64,000 nt of DNA from Cetorhinus maximus (taxonomy: Eukaryota). The notes below the pieces were generated by a model. That model worked only from the letters and a program-made list of their open reading frames with translations. It did not search any database and was not told the DNA's origin. This document shows positions 22,178 to 33,276 of the stretch, in pieces. Each line of letters begins with the position of its first letter. The stretch's first letter is position 1. A program made the translations under genes and the position numbers. Location of the stretch: contig NC_135881.1 of assembly GCF_964194155.1 (NCBI RefSeq), forward strand, positions 48,546,001-48,610,000, read 5' to 3'.

Positions 22178-23722
22178 ATGTCCCAGCAGAGAACATCAGT
22201 GGGGATCCAGGCATTGAGTGCACTTCGATTCAATGACAAGGACCTGGAGCTCATGGTGCGGTCAGTGAGCGGCAAGGAGGACATCCTGTACCTGAAAGGT
22301 AGAAAGCTCTCCCCATCCACCACAAACCAAGCATAGCTGGAGATTGCGATGGCTGTGAGCACCTCAAGTGAACACAGGTGCTCCTGGATTTGGTGTCACA
22401 AGCGATTTCGTGACCTTCTGCAGTCTGGCAAGGTTAACGGGTCCTTCTGTAGAGCAGAGATGGCCATTGACAGTCTCCGAGCGACATGCAGGTGTAGGTA
22501 GGCCACCCATGGCACATGCATGTCCTGTTACCAAGAGGAATATGTGGGCATGAGACAATCGGAAAGGAGACCACTTTTGTTGTAAAACATGCATGACCAC
22601 TGTCAGCTCAAGCCACATTGTACTCCTGCTCATCAATGTGTTTCACACCCCTTTCTCCTGTCCTCACAGGAAAAGAGAGTGCACAATGCGAGACAGATGT
22701 ACCAAACCAGGGGTGGGACACCACAGCTGAGGCCAATACAGGCCATGGAGGAGAGGGCCATGGAGGTAGCACGTGTGTCATGTCAACAGAGCATTGGAAA
22801 CAGAGAGTCTCCCATTCCAGGTGCAATTGGCTGTGGACAAGTCATACAACAGTATGTTTTCATTAGTGTGGGAGGGGGAGGAATATGGCAAGGATGATGG
22901 TGACAAGGGGAGTAAATAGATTAGGGGCCGGTGGAAGGGGCCCCAATAGGGTTGCAGCAATTGCCTTGAGATGAGTCACTGAATATCGAGGTCTGGGTGG
23001 TGTGGATGGTGACAAGTTTGTATAGCCATTAGGATGTCAAAGGTGAACTTTAATTACCACCTCTTGTGTCTCCAGTGGCACGCAGCCACCCCCAATAGCT
23101 GGGTCATCCCTTGGGAATCAGGATAAGGAAGACATATCCAAGCGTGCAGTGCAGTGTCACATCAGGCAAGCACACCACCCCCCATCGCAGATACTTGCAC
23201 GTCAGTGGGTTTCACATGCCAATGGAGTTGGGGTCACTGGGTGAGACACACAGCAGCACAGTAGAAGGGGAGATGTCAGAGTCAGGGACACTTGTGGACA
23301 GCTCCCCTGGAGGAGGGAGGGCAGCCATGATGATGCACTGACAAGGGCCTGAGCAGTCACTGTTTGGGGCTCAGTATTTGGAACAGCTAAAGCAGATGTA
23401 TGGACAGCTAACAAAGTTCCCTAAGGTAATGCAAGCTCACGCTCTGTGAGTGGAGGAGTCCATGGCGCGGATGAGCTCACTTATGTCTCAGGGGCTTGAG
23501 TGCATTAGCTCTTTCCAGGAGAGAATGGCCAACCTCATGGAGAGCTACAAGCAGCAGCACCTGGAGTGCTTGTGTGAACCACATGAGATTCTGCACAGGG
23601 TACAAGGCACACTCAGAAGCCTGGAGCAGTCCATTCACACCATGAGCACTGATCTCCATGGAGTACATGAGGAGCTGCATACACAAAAGAGGACACGAGC
23701 TAGTGGCACAAGGGTGGCTTGA
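22178..23722 (+). pseudogene. Harbinger Myb/SANT-like DNA-binding protein, spliced and disrupted
   Basis: Exon 22178-22432 MSQQ...LRFNDKDLELMVRSV...QA*LEIAMAVS...SWIWCHKRFRDLLQSGK|gt, with TAG at a position usually Trp; exon from 22670 (ctcacag|) EKRVHNARQMYQTRGGTP...MEERAMEVA; coiled-coil-like segment 23450-23722. Confidence 0.72.
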
Positions 23723-24059
23723 GGGAACAGTCGCTGCGCCCGTGCAGCTGACTTCCTCCAGGTCACTTGAAAGCCTACCCAGGGCTCAAGAGGACGAGGA
23801 GGAGGATGGGTGTCCCGAGCAGCTTTCGGCACCCTCATCTCCCATGCCTTCCACGGCCCCTCTGTCAGAGTCAGCACCTGTGGTACAGGTCACTGTGACC
23901 ACGGCTGCCCCACAGAGATACAAGGAGCACAGCAGCAGGAGGGATCCCCATGTGCTCCTGCATGCTGAGACTGTCCACAATGTTCCTCACAGTCACACAG
24001 TCAGTGAGGTGAAGCAGCCTGCCTCCAGTTTCTCCTAGGCAACACAACGTGCACTTTGA

Positions 24060-24392
24060 AGGAGCGGGCATTAATTTGGAAAATGCTGTCAAAGGAGTCC
24101 TGGTGCGTTCCTGCAGTCCATCTTGTAGATGGTACACACTGCTGCTACTGTGCATCGGTGGTGGAGGGAGTGAATGTTTGTGGATGTGGTGCCAATCAAG
24201 CGGGCTGCTTTCTCCTGGGTGGTGTCCAGCTTCTTGAGTGTTGCGGGAGCTGCACTCATCCAGGCAAGGGGAGAGTATTCCATCACACTCCTGACCTGTG
24301 CCTTGTCGATGGTGGACAGGCTTTGGGGAGTCAGAAGGTGAGTTACTCACCGCAGGTCTCATAGCCGCTGACATGCTCTTGTAGCCACAGAG
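24060..24392 (-). mobile_element. LINE A fragment inside the Harbinger relic
   Basis: MMEYSPLAWMSAAPATLKKLDTTQEKAARLIG on the minus strand. Confidence 0.85.
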
Positions 24393-24394
24393 GC

Positions 24395-25520
24395 TTCGGC
24401 TTCATTCCTCACCATGCATGTGCTGTGCTGCAAGGTCCTCATGGTCACGCAGGTGAATCGCTGCTGTATTAGGGGGTCCCTGGCAACAATAGCATCTTGC
24501 ATGGTACGCAGTGACAACATCTGGGAATGCCACCTGCTGATCCTTTCCTTGCTACACTCCACTGCTGATGACTCATCCTCTGACCGCCCTGGCCATTCCT
24601 CTCCCTTCTCTTCCTCCTCCTCTTCCTCCTCATCTTCCAATGACAGAGGGGCATGTTAGTGGAGTGGTGAAAAAGGCATATGGGACACTTGCCTTTATCA
24701 ATCAAGGCATAGATTACAAAAGTTGGGAGGTCATGTTGGAATTGTATAGAACCTTGGTGAGGCCACAGCTGGAGTACTGTGTGCAGTTCTGGTCACTACA
24801 TTATAGGAAGGATGTGATTGCACTGGAGGGGGTGCAGAGGAGATTCACCAGGATGTTGCCTGGGATGAAACATTTAAGTTATGAAGAGAGGTTGAATAGG
24901 CTTGGGTTGTTTTCGTTGGAGCAGAGAAGACTGAGGGGCGACCTGGTCGAGGTGTACAAGATTATGAGGGGCATGGACAGGGTGGATAGGGAGCAGCTAT
25001 TCCCCTTAGTTGAAGGGTCAGTCATGAGGGGACATAAGTTCAAGTTGAAGGGCAAGAGGTTTAGGGGGGATGTGAGGAAAAACTTTTTTACCCAGAGGGT
25101 GGTGATGGTCTGGAATGCACTGCCTGGGAGGGTGGTGGAGGTGGGTTGCCTCACATCCTTTAAAAAGTACCTGGATGAGCACTTGGCATGTCATAACATT
25201 TAAGGCTATGGGCAAGTGCTGGTAAATGGGATCAGGTAGGTAGGTCAGGTGTTTCTCACGTGTCGGTGCAGACTCGAAGGGCCTCTTCTGCACTGTGTGA
25301 TTCTGTGTTTCTGTGATTCTGTGACATGTCTGTGACCATCTGCCTGGACATTCTCAGTCTTCGCCTACACTGGTGCTCCACCATGTCCAGATAACTATGC
25401 CTAATGCAATACATCCTGTACTCAGGGTAACAGCGTGTGCTCCTTCTTGGTTGTGCTTCTTGAGGGTCTGCCTCCAGGTGCCATGGGGCCCTTCCTTGTT
25501 GAGACATGCACTTCCTGCTC
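24395..25520 (-). pseudogene. HARBI1-type transposase relic: N- and C-termini only, core replaced by a CR1 fragment
   Basis: N-term RCYPEYRMYCIRHSYLDMVEHQCRRRLRMSRQMVTDM (25322-25507); C-term acidic tract EDEEEEEE...AIVARDPLIQQRF (24395-24640). Confidence 0.68.
24645..25321 (+). mobile_element. CR1 (HER1-like) 3' fragment with open ORF2 C-terminus
   Basis: LYRTLVRPQLEYCVQFWS.HYRKD..ALEGVQRRFTRM...RRLRGDL.EVYKIM...FFTQRVV..WNALP; 3' tail gaagggcctcttctgcactgtgtgattctgtg. Confidence 0.92.
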
Positions 25521-26043
25521 CCCTGCCTTGATGGCCTGGATGTGTGAGGAAGCTACACCCATTTTATATTTGGAGGCCTCCTTCAGAGAGATACAATTTC
25601 TGTGATAACCTGGCAGGACTGCCTGATGCCCGCTTTGCTGCCAGGCATCAATGCAGCACATGAGGTGCCAGCTGCTTTTGCAGAGAACCGGCATGTACAT
25701 GAATGGCTGAATGACTTCCTTCTCTGCTGTAACCGTTCTCCGATTCTATTTCTGTTCCTCTCTAGAGTCAGTCTCTGACTTTGAACAGCCTTTCTCTTAT
25801 CAACATATTCTTTATCATTGTTTGACAATCTGTCTTTCTGCAGTTTTGTGGTCAAGGGATCCTCATTTGTGGATTGACCAAGGCCTCAGCTGTTCTTGTA
25901 TGTGGAGGAGTGTGACAGATTCCCATGCACTTTCCACAGCTCCTGCTTACGGAATTTTCTTTCAACCCGGGGACTGCAAGCTGTCTTTTTATAATGCACT
26001 TGTAAATCTTACTGCTTCTTTACTGACAGTTGGAGAACATAAT

Positions 26044-26949
26044 GGGTCAAATCTTCCAAGGACTGGCAATCATTGTCGGATTGCCGCTCCACTCTTTTTT
26101 TACACAGTGCCAGAACTCCACATTTCTCGCCTGGACTTCGGAACTGGGCCTCTTCAGAAATACGGAGCGTACTCGTTCTCAGGATCCTTCCTCATAGGGC
26201 AGGATTGTTGGGAAAAAGCCAAGCCACGCCCCCTTTTTATGGCACGAGCTGCCGTATTTCGGCAAGTCTTCATTCGCTAACATGCCGAAAACTTAGGGAC
26301 ATTTAAATAGCTTTTCATTGTGTTGGTGAATGAGTGTGAGTAGGGTAAGTGGGTAGGGAGGGTAGAGTGGCAGGGTGCCAGCTGGGTGGGTGGCAGGGTG
26401 GTGGGTGGCAGAGTGGGTAGAGTCAGTAAGGTGCCAGATGGGTAGGGTGGCAAGGCTGCAAGGCCGGGTTAGGCTGTGTTGGGTGGGGAGCTGGAGGGTT
26501 GGGACGGGGGGGGAGGTGCCGGCGGGTCAGGGGAGGGGGCCGGAGAGTCAGGGCGAGCTCAGAGAGACAGGGGAAGAGTCGGATGGTCGGAGGGGAGTCT
26601 GACGGTCGGGAGGGGGAGTTGGAGGGTCATGGAGGGTTGGAGGGGTGGGGAGAGTCGGTGGTGGTGGTGTGGGGGCAGGGGAGTACTCAGTTGTATACTT
26701 ACCCTGGAGTTAGATGTGGTTTTTTTTCCTGTCTAACATTTCCTGGGTAACTATCCAGGTAATAAGTCGGAATCTACCGGAGTCTCTGACTCTAACTCAT
26801 TTTCAGAGGGCTGAGGACGCAGGAAAACTGCCCAATGGAAGTTGAAACTTCCTGAGCAATTCCTGCAAAGTCCTTGTGCTGGGATTTCCAATAGTTCCCC
26901 CAGTGCATTTTCCTGGGTTTGACCATCCAGAGGCTGGAAGATCTGAGCC
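26044..26949. mobile_element. Non-autonomous Harbinger-type element
   Basis: TIRs GGGTCAAATCTTCCA / TGGAAGATCTGAGCC (13/15 match); 3-bp TSD AAT on both sides; G-rich interior. Confidence 0.72.
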
Positions 26950-27483
26950 AATGTCACTCTCTTATGATAAAAAACAAGATTACCTGAGAATTTTGAGAAT
27001 ACTGTTAAATAATGGGTCATTTCGTTCTTGACAACATCTAAAATTCCATGAAATGCAATGTTTTTATCCAGGTATGATATTATGAATTGAATAGATTTCA
27101 ATTTTGATTTTTGGAAACCTTCAGTATTTATCTATAATCAGCCAAGGGAGACGTTCTTGGGATATAAACAACACCGAGAAAGCTTCATTTTTATTCCAAA
27201 TATATAGCAGGTTAGTTAACATCTGTAAAGAGAAAAGGAAGGTTATAATGTTTCTGGTGTGTAGCCTTTATCAAAACAGGTAGACATCCAGAATATCTAA
27301 TCTCTTCACAAACATGGGCTATTCTACTATATATTCCCAGCATTTTCTGCTTACCCTTTCTATTTCACATATTTACAGTGCATGCCTAGTTACTTTGTGA
27401 AGATAGTGATACTTGTGGTTCCTTTCTGAAAATCAGACATCAGAAATGGTTCTTCCTTGTTTTTGACTTGTGTTTGCTTAGCA

Positions 27484-27746
27484 TTGAAGGCGGAGATGAG
27501 GAGGAATTTCTCCAGTTGTTAATCTTTGGAATTCTCTACCCCAGAGAGCAGTGGAGGTTGTGTCGTTGAATATATTCAAGGCTGAATTAGACAGATTTTA
27601 GATCTACAAGTGAGTCGAGGGTTGTGGGGGGCAGGCAAGAGTGGTGTTAAGGCCACAATCAGATCAGCCAAGACATTATTGAATGCATAGCAGGCTCAAG
27701 AAGTCAAGTGACCTACTCCTGCTCCTGTTTCTTATGTTCTTATGTT
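27484..27746 (+). mobile_element. CR1 3' end fragment
   Basis: gagatgaggaggaattt...tggaattctctaccccag...gacctactcctgctcctgtttcttatgttcttatg tail. Confidence 0.75.
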
Positions 27747-27759
27747 CAATAGATGCATC

Positions 27760-29400
27760 TTATTGATGTCAGGGATCACATTTTCTCAGGCAAGTATTAT
27801 TTTGTTTACTCAACGCCTAGGTGACCACACCACATGCAGAGTTCAAAGCTCATCATTTTCCGACATTTCAAGCATCTCAATTCTGAATCTTTGGAGCACA
27901 ACTCAATCTTCAATTATTGATATTTATTCTCTTCCATTCCACGATGTTTTGCATGTCTATTTCCCATTATGCAGTTTGTTAACGCAATGATCCTGTGCTA
28001 AGACTGAAATGTTGTATTGTTCTTTCTTTCCCAGAGTTGAATATTGTGCAATGAAGCTAATGAATTCTTCAACCAAGTTTCCAGAATGGTTTGTGGTGGA
28101 GTCTAGATTTGGGTGTTGTGACATGTATTTGCTGGAGTTTCTATTCTTGTGTTATAACCTTTTATGATTCACACTTCAAATGTCACCTCTGAGGCCAAAC
28201 AAAATAACTCATTGTTAGGTTTCCAAAGATAGATACAAGGAGTTATTAGTATAAAATAACAGTGAATGAAGGCCCATGGCAGCACATGTAGAAACACTGT
28301 ACATTCACTGCTATTACAAGAGTCTCTCATTCAATCTGACTATATTGTTGTTCCACAGGACATGGCAAATACCTTGCATGATGGACATTTTTTCTGTTCA
28401 TGGCCTTAACAATCTGAGTTAACATAGCTCAAAAACAAATCGGATCTGCATCCATCCAGAGTTCTGAGCTTTTGAAATATCGTTGGTGATGATGTCACTA
28501 AGCGAATCTTTCAATTCTTGTAATGCTTTGGTGCGTTCAACTGCTCACTGAACTGTTACATCTTCACATATTAGCTCTTACAGTGGCTCCATGGTTGTTT
28601 CCAGGTTATATAAAGCATTAACCACACATTATCATCCTCGATACCCCTCTCACATCGGAACCGAATTAACTTTATATATAGTTCTTTTTAGAAGATATGA
28701 CGCATTTTGCTATTGCAGAGTTTCATCTCTTCTGCTGCAGGCAATTTGTAGATGCTGTTCTGGGTCTTTGACATGATCATGCTTATGCAGCACATGCTAC
28801 TGGTATAGTTGCTTTATTCTCATGAGAACTGGTGGAGTTCGAGCTTATGTTTGTCTTTCTCTAATGTATTGCAAATATTAATTTCCTTCCAGGTCTCTTT
28901 CAGCTCAAAGTCTTCATATTTGAGAATATCATTTTCAGCTGCATCACACATACATTAGTTAGCCATAAGAAGTTATTAAGCTTTGAGAGAGATATGCTTG
29001 CCATCGTGCTGGTTTTCTAGTTATATATCTGCAAGCTTCTTTAACTGCTTCTGCTCAGTTTCTAGATGCTGTATTTGCTTAAAGTAATTACAGGCTATAT
29101 TTGAATATTGAAAGTGCTTATATTTCACACAACATTTTAAAGACTCTATTAGAGCACATTGAGATTCTGTTATACTCTTCATCTGATATTTCTTCACAAA
29201 GTTTTGTCATTTCAACGGTAATTAGCTTTTGGAAACGTTTCATTGAAAATCAAAATTCATACCCGATTCAAACTTATTTATCAGCATGTACCAATTTAGT
29301 TTCAGCACCAATAGCATCAGTGTTTCACTATGTAGTAATTAGCTGGTGCAAGAACAAGTGCAGTAGATTAGCACAGCAATATGGAGGCTACTTTATAAAT
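27760..29400 (-). mobile_element. Possible very old Gypsy pol remnant
   Basis: Minus-strand fragment near 28500-28610, LETTMEPL*ELICEDVTVQ*AVERTKALQELKDSL, resembles the Gypsy RT thumb (EPLR.LL.KD..F.W...Q..AF..LK..L); the rest is too decayed to read. Confidence 0.4.
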
Positions 29401-29871
29401 TTAGGATGCACAGTGTCTGCATAAACAAGAGCAAGCGCCTCTTGCTTATGGCACAGGTTCCCTGGAAATTTGTAGTGGTCGTTATTGGGTCCGAGTAACA
29501 AATAAAAATACTTATATGCAATATATTCTTGTGAGTCTGCACTTCCTGTGCACATTACTCTCACTTTCTATGTCATGTTTTTATAACGATACCCGTATAT
29601 GACTATGTGGAAAAATATCCTGTGCTAATACTTTAAAGGAGAAAACTGCTTGTCAAATTTTCACCATCATGATTTGTTGATGACTTATTCGGAATGATTT
29701 TTTAAAAACAGCCTACCTTTCTTTCTGGTAGTGACTGAAATTTCTAATGACCGAAGTCTTTAATCAAAACAAAATATTTTAAAATTTACCTATATTAATT
29801 CGAGCTCTGACACTGGGCCTCAGTCTTGCAGATCTTCTCTACACTGGCTCCAATGCTTGAATATCTCCCTT

Positions 29872-30227
29872 GGGCTGCAGAAGGCAGAGGGGCTCATTAA
29901 ATCCAGCAGGCGGCCTGCCCACCACCTACTCACCCACCCCTACCCTGATTGCAATTATACCAGCGGCAGCGGTAGCGTCAGGTGTCCCACCCACCAGTGT
30001 GCCAATTGAGGCCCTCAAGTGCCCACCTAAGGGCCTCAGCTTGCCACCACCAGGATTTAATTGGTGGCAGGAGAGGCCCGGCAGCTCTTTGAGGCGGGAC
30101 TTCCTGATCCATCCCACCTTCAGCCTAACAGGACGTCCGGTGCTCCCCCCCACCAATCTTCTCCTCTCCCCAACTTTTTAGCTGGCGAGGGTGAGCAGGG
30201 CATCTGGCGCCTCATATAATTCAGCCC
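29872..30227. mobile_element. Harbinger-type MITE
   Basis: Short TIR GGGCTG/CAGCCC, 3-bp TSD CTT; internal ccaattgaggccctcaagtg motif shared with other MITEs here. Confidence 0.55.
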
Positions 30228-31265
30228 CTTGTGTCTCCGTAACCAGAATTGAACACAGTAATTAAAAGTGCAGCCCAACCGGAGTTATTTGACCATTACT
30301 TCTTCTGATTAACACTCTACCATTTTCCATGGTGTCTCTGGGGTGTAGGAGAGAAGAGCGTTACAATCTGTGAAGTGGGAACATCGAAAAGAAGAATGTT
30401 GTAGATGAGCCATTATGTCATTGCAGCTGTCTTGAGGGGCTAAATGGTTCCACGTTCCTGTCTAATATAAATTTGGGGGAGGTAAAATGCGAAGAATGTC
30501 CCTTTTTAGGGGAGGCCAGTTTAATCTTTAGTTAGTTAGAGAAGAAATCACAAAACTTCCTGATTTCACAAAAAAAGGATCAGATAATAAGCTTGAGAAA
30601 CACTGCAGTAAAATTAAACAAATTATTATAAAGATGCGATCTTAAATGTTATTCATTTGATGTGAGCCTTCAGTAATTTGTCTTTAATAATCCTTTTATA
30701 CAGTCTTGGCTGAGAGGCATTCATTATCCTGAAGTGCATCAAAATAGCTTCTATTCATATCTCTTATGGATGCAGTGATACCATTGTTTGAATCAGTAGA
30801 TTTTTAAAATATTTAGAATATGTATGGGCTGGATCTTGCTGTAGTGGGGCATCACAGGGCATACATGAACAGTTAGATATTTTCCTGCACTCTTCAGCTC
30901 AGAATTTACTGAAAATAATATTTTATTAAATTCAATCAGCGATAGAATATTATCACCTCTAAATTTAGGCATAACCTTACTATGATCCGCTCCCAGCACA
31001 GTTTACAGTCGCAAATTCCACATTAACATGATGTAAGAGTGTTTATCCCAGTTAGTTATATAAATCAAACATCTTGAAGACATGTTTATCTGACCTTCGG
31101 GTGAATTACAGACTACAGGGTACACGGGATATCACTTTTTAAAAATTATTACATAAACCCAGCCCCTCAGGTCCTTGGGAATTAAGCGCATGCCCCTGAC
31201 AAGATAAAAAAAAAGATGCTGCATTATTAATCAGGCCCATTTCTTGCTAGGCAGGAGGCACTTAC

Positions 31266-31368
31266 CATCAAAGCTTTTCAGTGAGACGCCACTGGGACGA
31301 TAGAATCCAGGCTTACAAGAACAGTCATAAGCTCCCAGCATGAATCCTCGGCCTTTAGGTGAAATACA
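31266..31368 (-). CDS. GPR158: Internal coding exon of the same GPR158-family gene: EGF-like cysteine-rich stalk
   Basis: Reads CISPKGRGFMLGAYDCSCKPGFYRPSGVSLKSFD(G), similar to recalled GPR158 CMPIKGLGFVLGAYECICKAGFYHP. Acceptor tctcctttccag|TGT, donor GATG|gtaagt; 103 bp. Ends in phase 1, matching the phase-1 acceptor at 3190 (intron 3191-31265). Confidence 0.92.
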
Positions 31369-33276
31369 CTGGAAAGGAGAAACAAAAGACAGGATAACTT
31401 GATCTAGCTTAAGATGAGGCATGTAAATTGCCGCAGAAAAAAAATAAAACAACAGTTGCATCATGGCGTTATTAATATAGGCAATAAAGCTAATCATTGC
31501 CGGAAATGATTGAAGGTTTTCGGTGAAATGTGAATCACAAAAGCAGTGGACTTTCACCCCTGGTCCTGACCAATCCAATAAGACATTGAATATCGATAAT
31601 GGATGGCTGCTAACCAAGTCCATTAGGTTTTATACCTTGTTTCTGCAGCAGAAGTCGATAAATCACTGCAGCAATGGCACAGAGATTTAAGCATTTGCTC
31701 ACAGGGCCTATGATAGGGCTGAGAGAGTAGCAAAAACTGTAAAAAGAGTCTGAAACAAGAGGATCATTTCCTTGAATTACTGCATTACAGAGAAGTTCTG
31801 TTGTGGCTACAGGTAATAGCCAAGCACAGTTATTGAGAAAGACACATTAAAACTAGATGAAAGGGGAGCCCACAGTTCAAATGGAGTGGTTCCATTTCCC
31901 GTTCTGATCCTGGCAATTTCTGATTTTAATGCTGTTAGCTTTGGTGGCGACTGAGGTTCTGGCCAGAGCTGGACATAAATGTTCATCGGGGTTCTGTAAT
32001 TCCAACAGGATCTGATAGCACTTTAACCGGGTCTGAGTGAGGAAACCGCCATAGCTTTCCCACTAGGCAGAAATGTGTCTGCTGCTGGTTTCTAAACAGG
32101 ACAAGCCCTCTGAGGTAATGATAAAATACTCCTCTGTGGGGATAGTTGGAGCAGGCATGATCCTCCGCACCCCCACCCTCCACCGACCCCCCACTCCACA
32201 TGGAAAGCCTGGGCCGCCTGTGTCCCTGGCTCCTTCCACACACCTATGAGACCTTGCCAAACACTCCCCATGCCTACCTGCTAACACACCTTCCTGTAGT
32301 GCTGATGGGAAGTTTCCAATTCTCCCCCCCCCACCCCCGCCCCGCTTTCTAGCCCACCCATTGACCAGCTGCTGCTTTCTGCCCATGCCAGACAGGCAGC
32401 TGACACCAGCATGTAGACAATGCAGGGAGTAAATAATTTCTGACAGAAGGTGTAATTTCACTAGGCCCGTCTCAACTGTTTCCATTCAAGGAATAATACC
32501 ATAATTCCAATATGTCTATCTTTCTATTCATTAGCATACATTTTATGGGCTAGGGATTGGCCTGCACTGTTTGTTGGGTTGAGGGGTTACGGCTTGCAAC
32601 TTGCCCATGCCTGTTGCCATGGAGGTGGACAACATGTAAGCTTGGTGTTGCCTCCTCATTTAAATGACTGTAGCATTGGCCCTAATGGGGCATTACCACT
32701 GGCTGCCTAAGCGCTCAGCAGGGGGCCAAGCAGTGTGTGCTAACACTGTGTCATGCAACCACCCTTCTATTCTTAATAGAAACCTGTTCCTCTTAAAGGG
32801 AAGTTACACTGAATCACAGGAGGCTGCTGCTGAATATCAATGCTGCATTTTCAAATCAAGGAAAATGAACACCAGGGAAGAGCGAGCACTCCCAGGTTCA
32901 TGGATGTGGCTCTGAAGTCATTAATGGTGGAGGTGAACAGGGCAATAGAGACCATGGGCCAGATTTTCAAAGTGGGTCTGGGTCATGCTTGTCATGCTAT
33001 TTTTAAATTCAAATGGCCAACTTGGCCAGGAGGCATGCTCAGTGCCCAATTAGTGGTACCGATTGGGTGCTGCCTGCCAGTCCCAGCAGCAAAGGCAAGC
33101 AGCAGCCATGTTAGGGGCTGTTGTTGCCTTGTTAGATAGAGTAGGCAGCTCCTCAGATGGCCAGAAGGTTAAAGATGGTAGAAAGCATCCATGGCTGCCA
33201 AGTTAAGGTGCAGTACTTGATCCCATATTAGATAGCCTACTAAAATGTAATTTTAAACCAGAGAAAAACAAACTTA

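Larger units (their letters stand above)
21293..25720. mobile_element. PIF/Harbinger DNA transposon relic with convergent Myb/SANT (+) and transposase (-) genes
   Basis: TIR-like start ggggctagattt; contains the two gene relics listed next; right end not located precisely. Confidence 0.72.

Noticed and set aside
24568-25203. 211-aa ORF as a host gene
   Set aside because: It is the CR1 ORF2 C-terminus, read in from the antisense strand of the Harbinger acidic tract.
25711-26280. 189-aa plus-strand ORF
   Set aside because: Crosses from unique sequence into a MITE (starting at 26044); no homology; likely chance.
31231-31623. 130-aa minus-strand ORF as a stand-alone gene
   Set aside because: Only 31266-31368 resembles GPR158 and it is bounded by splice sites; the rest is open intron.
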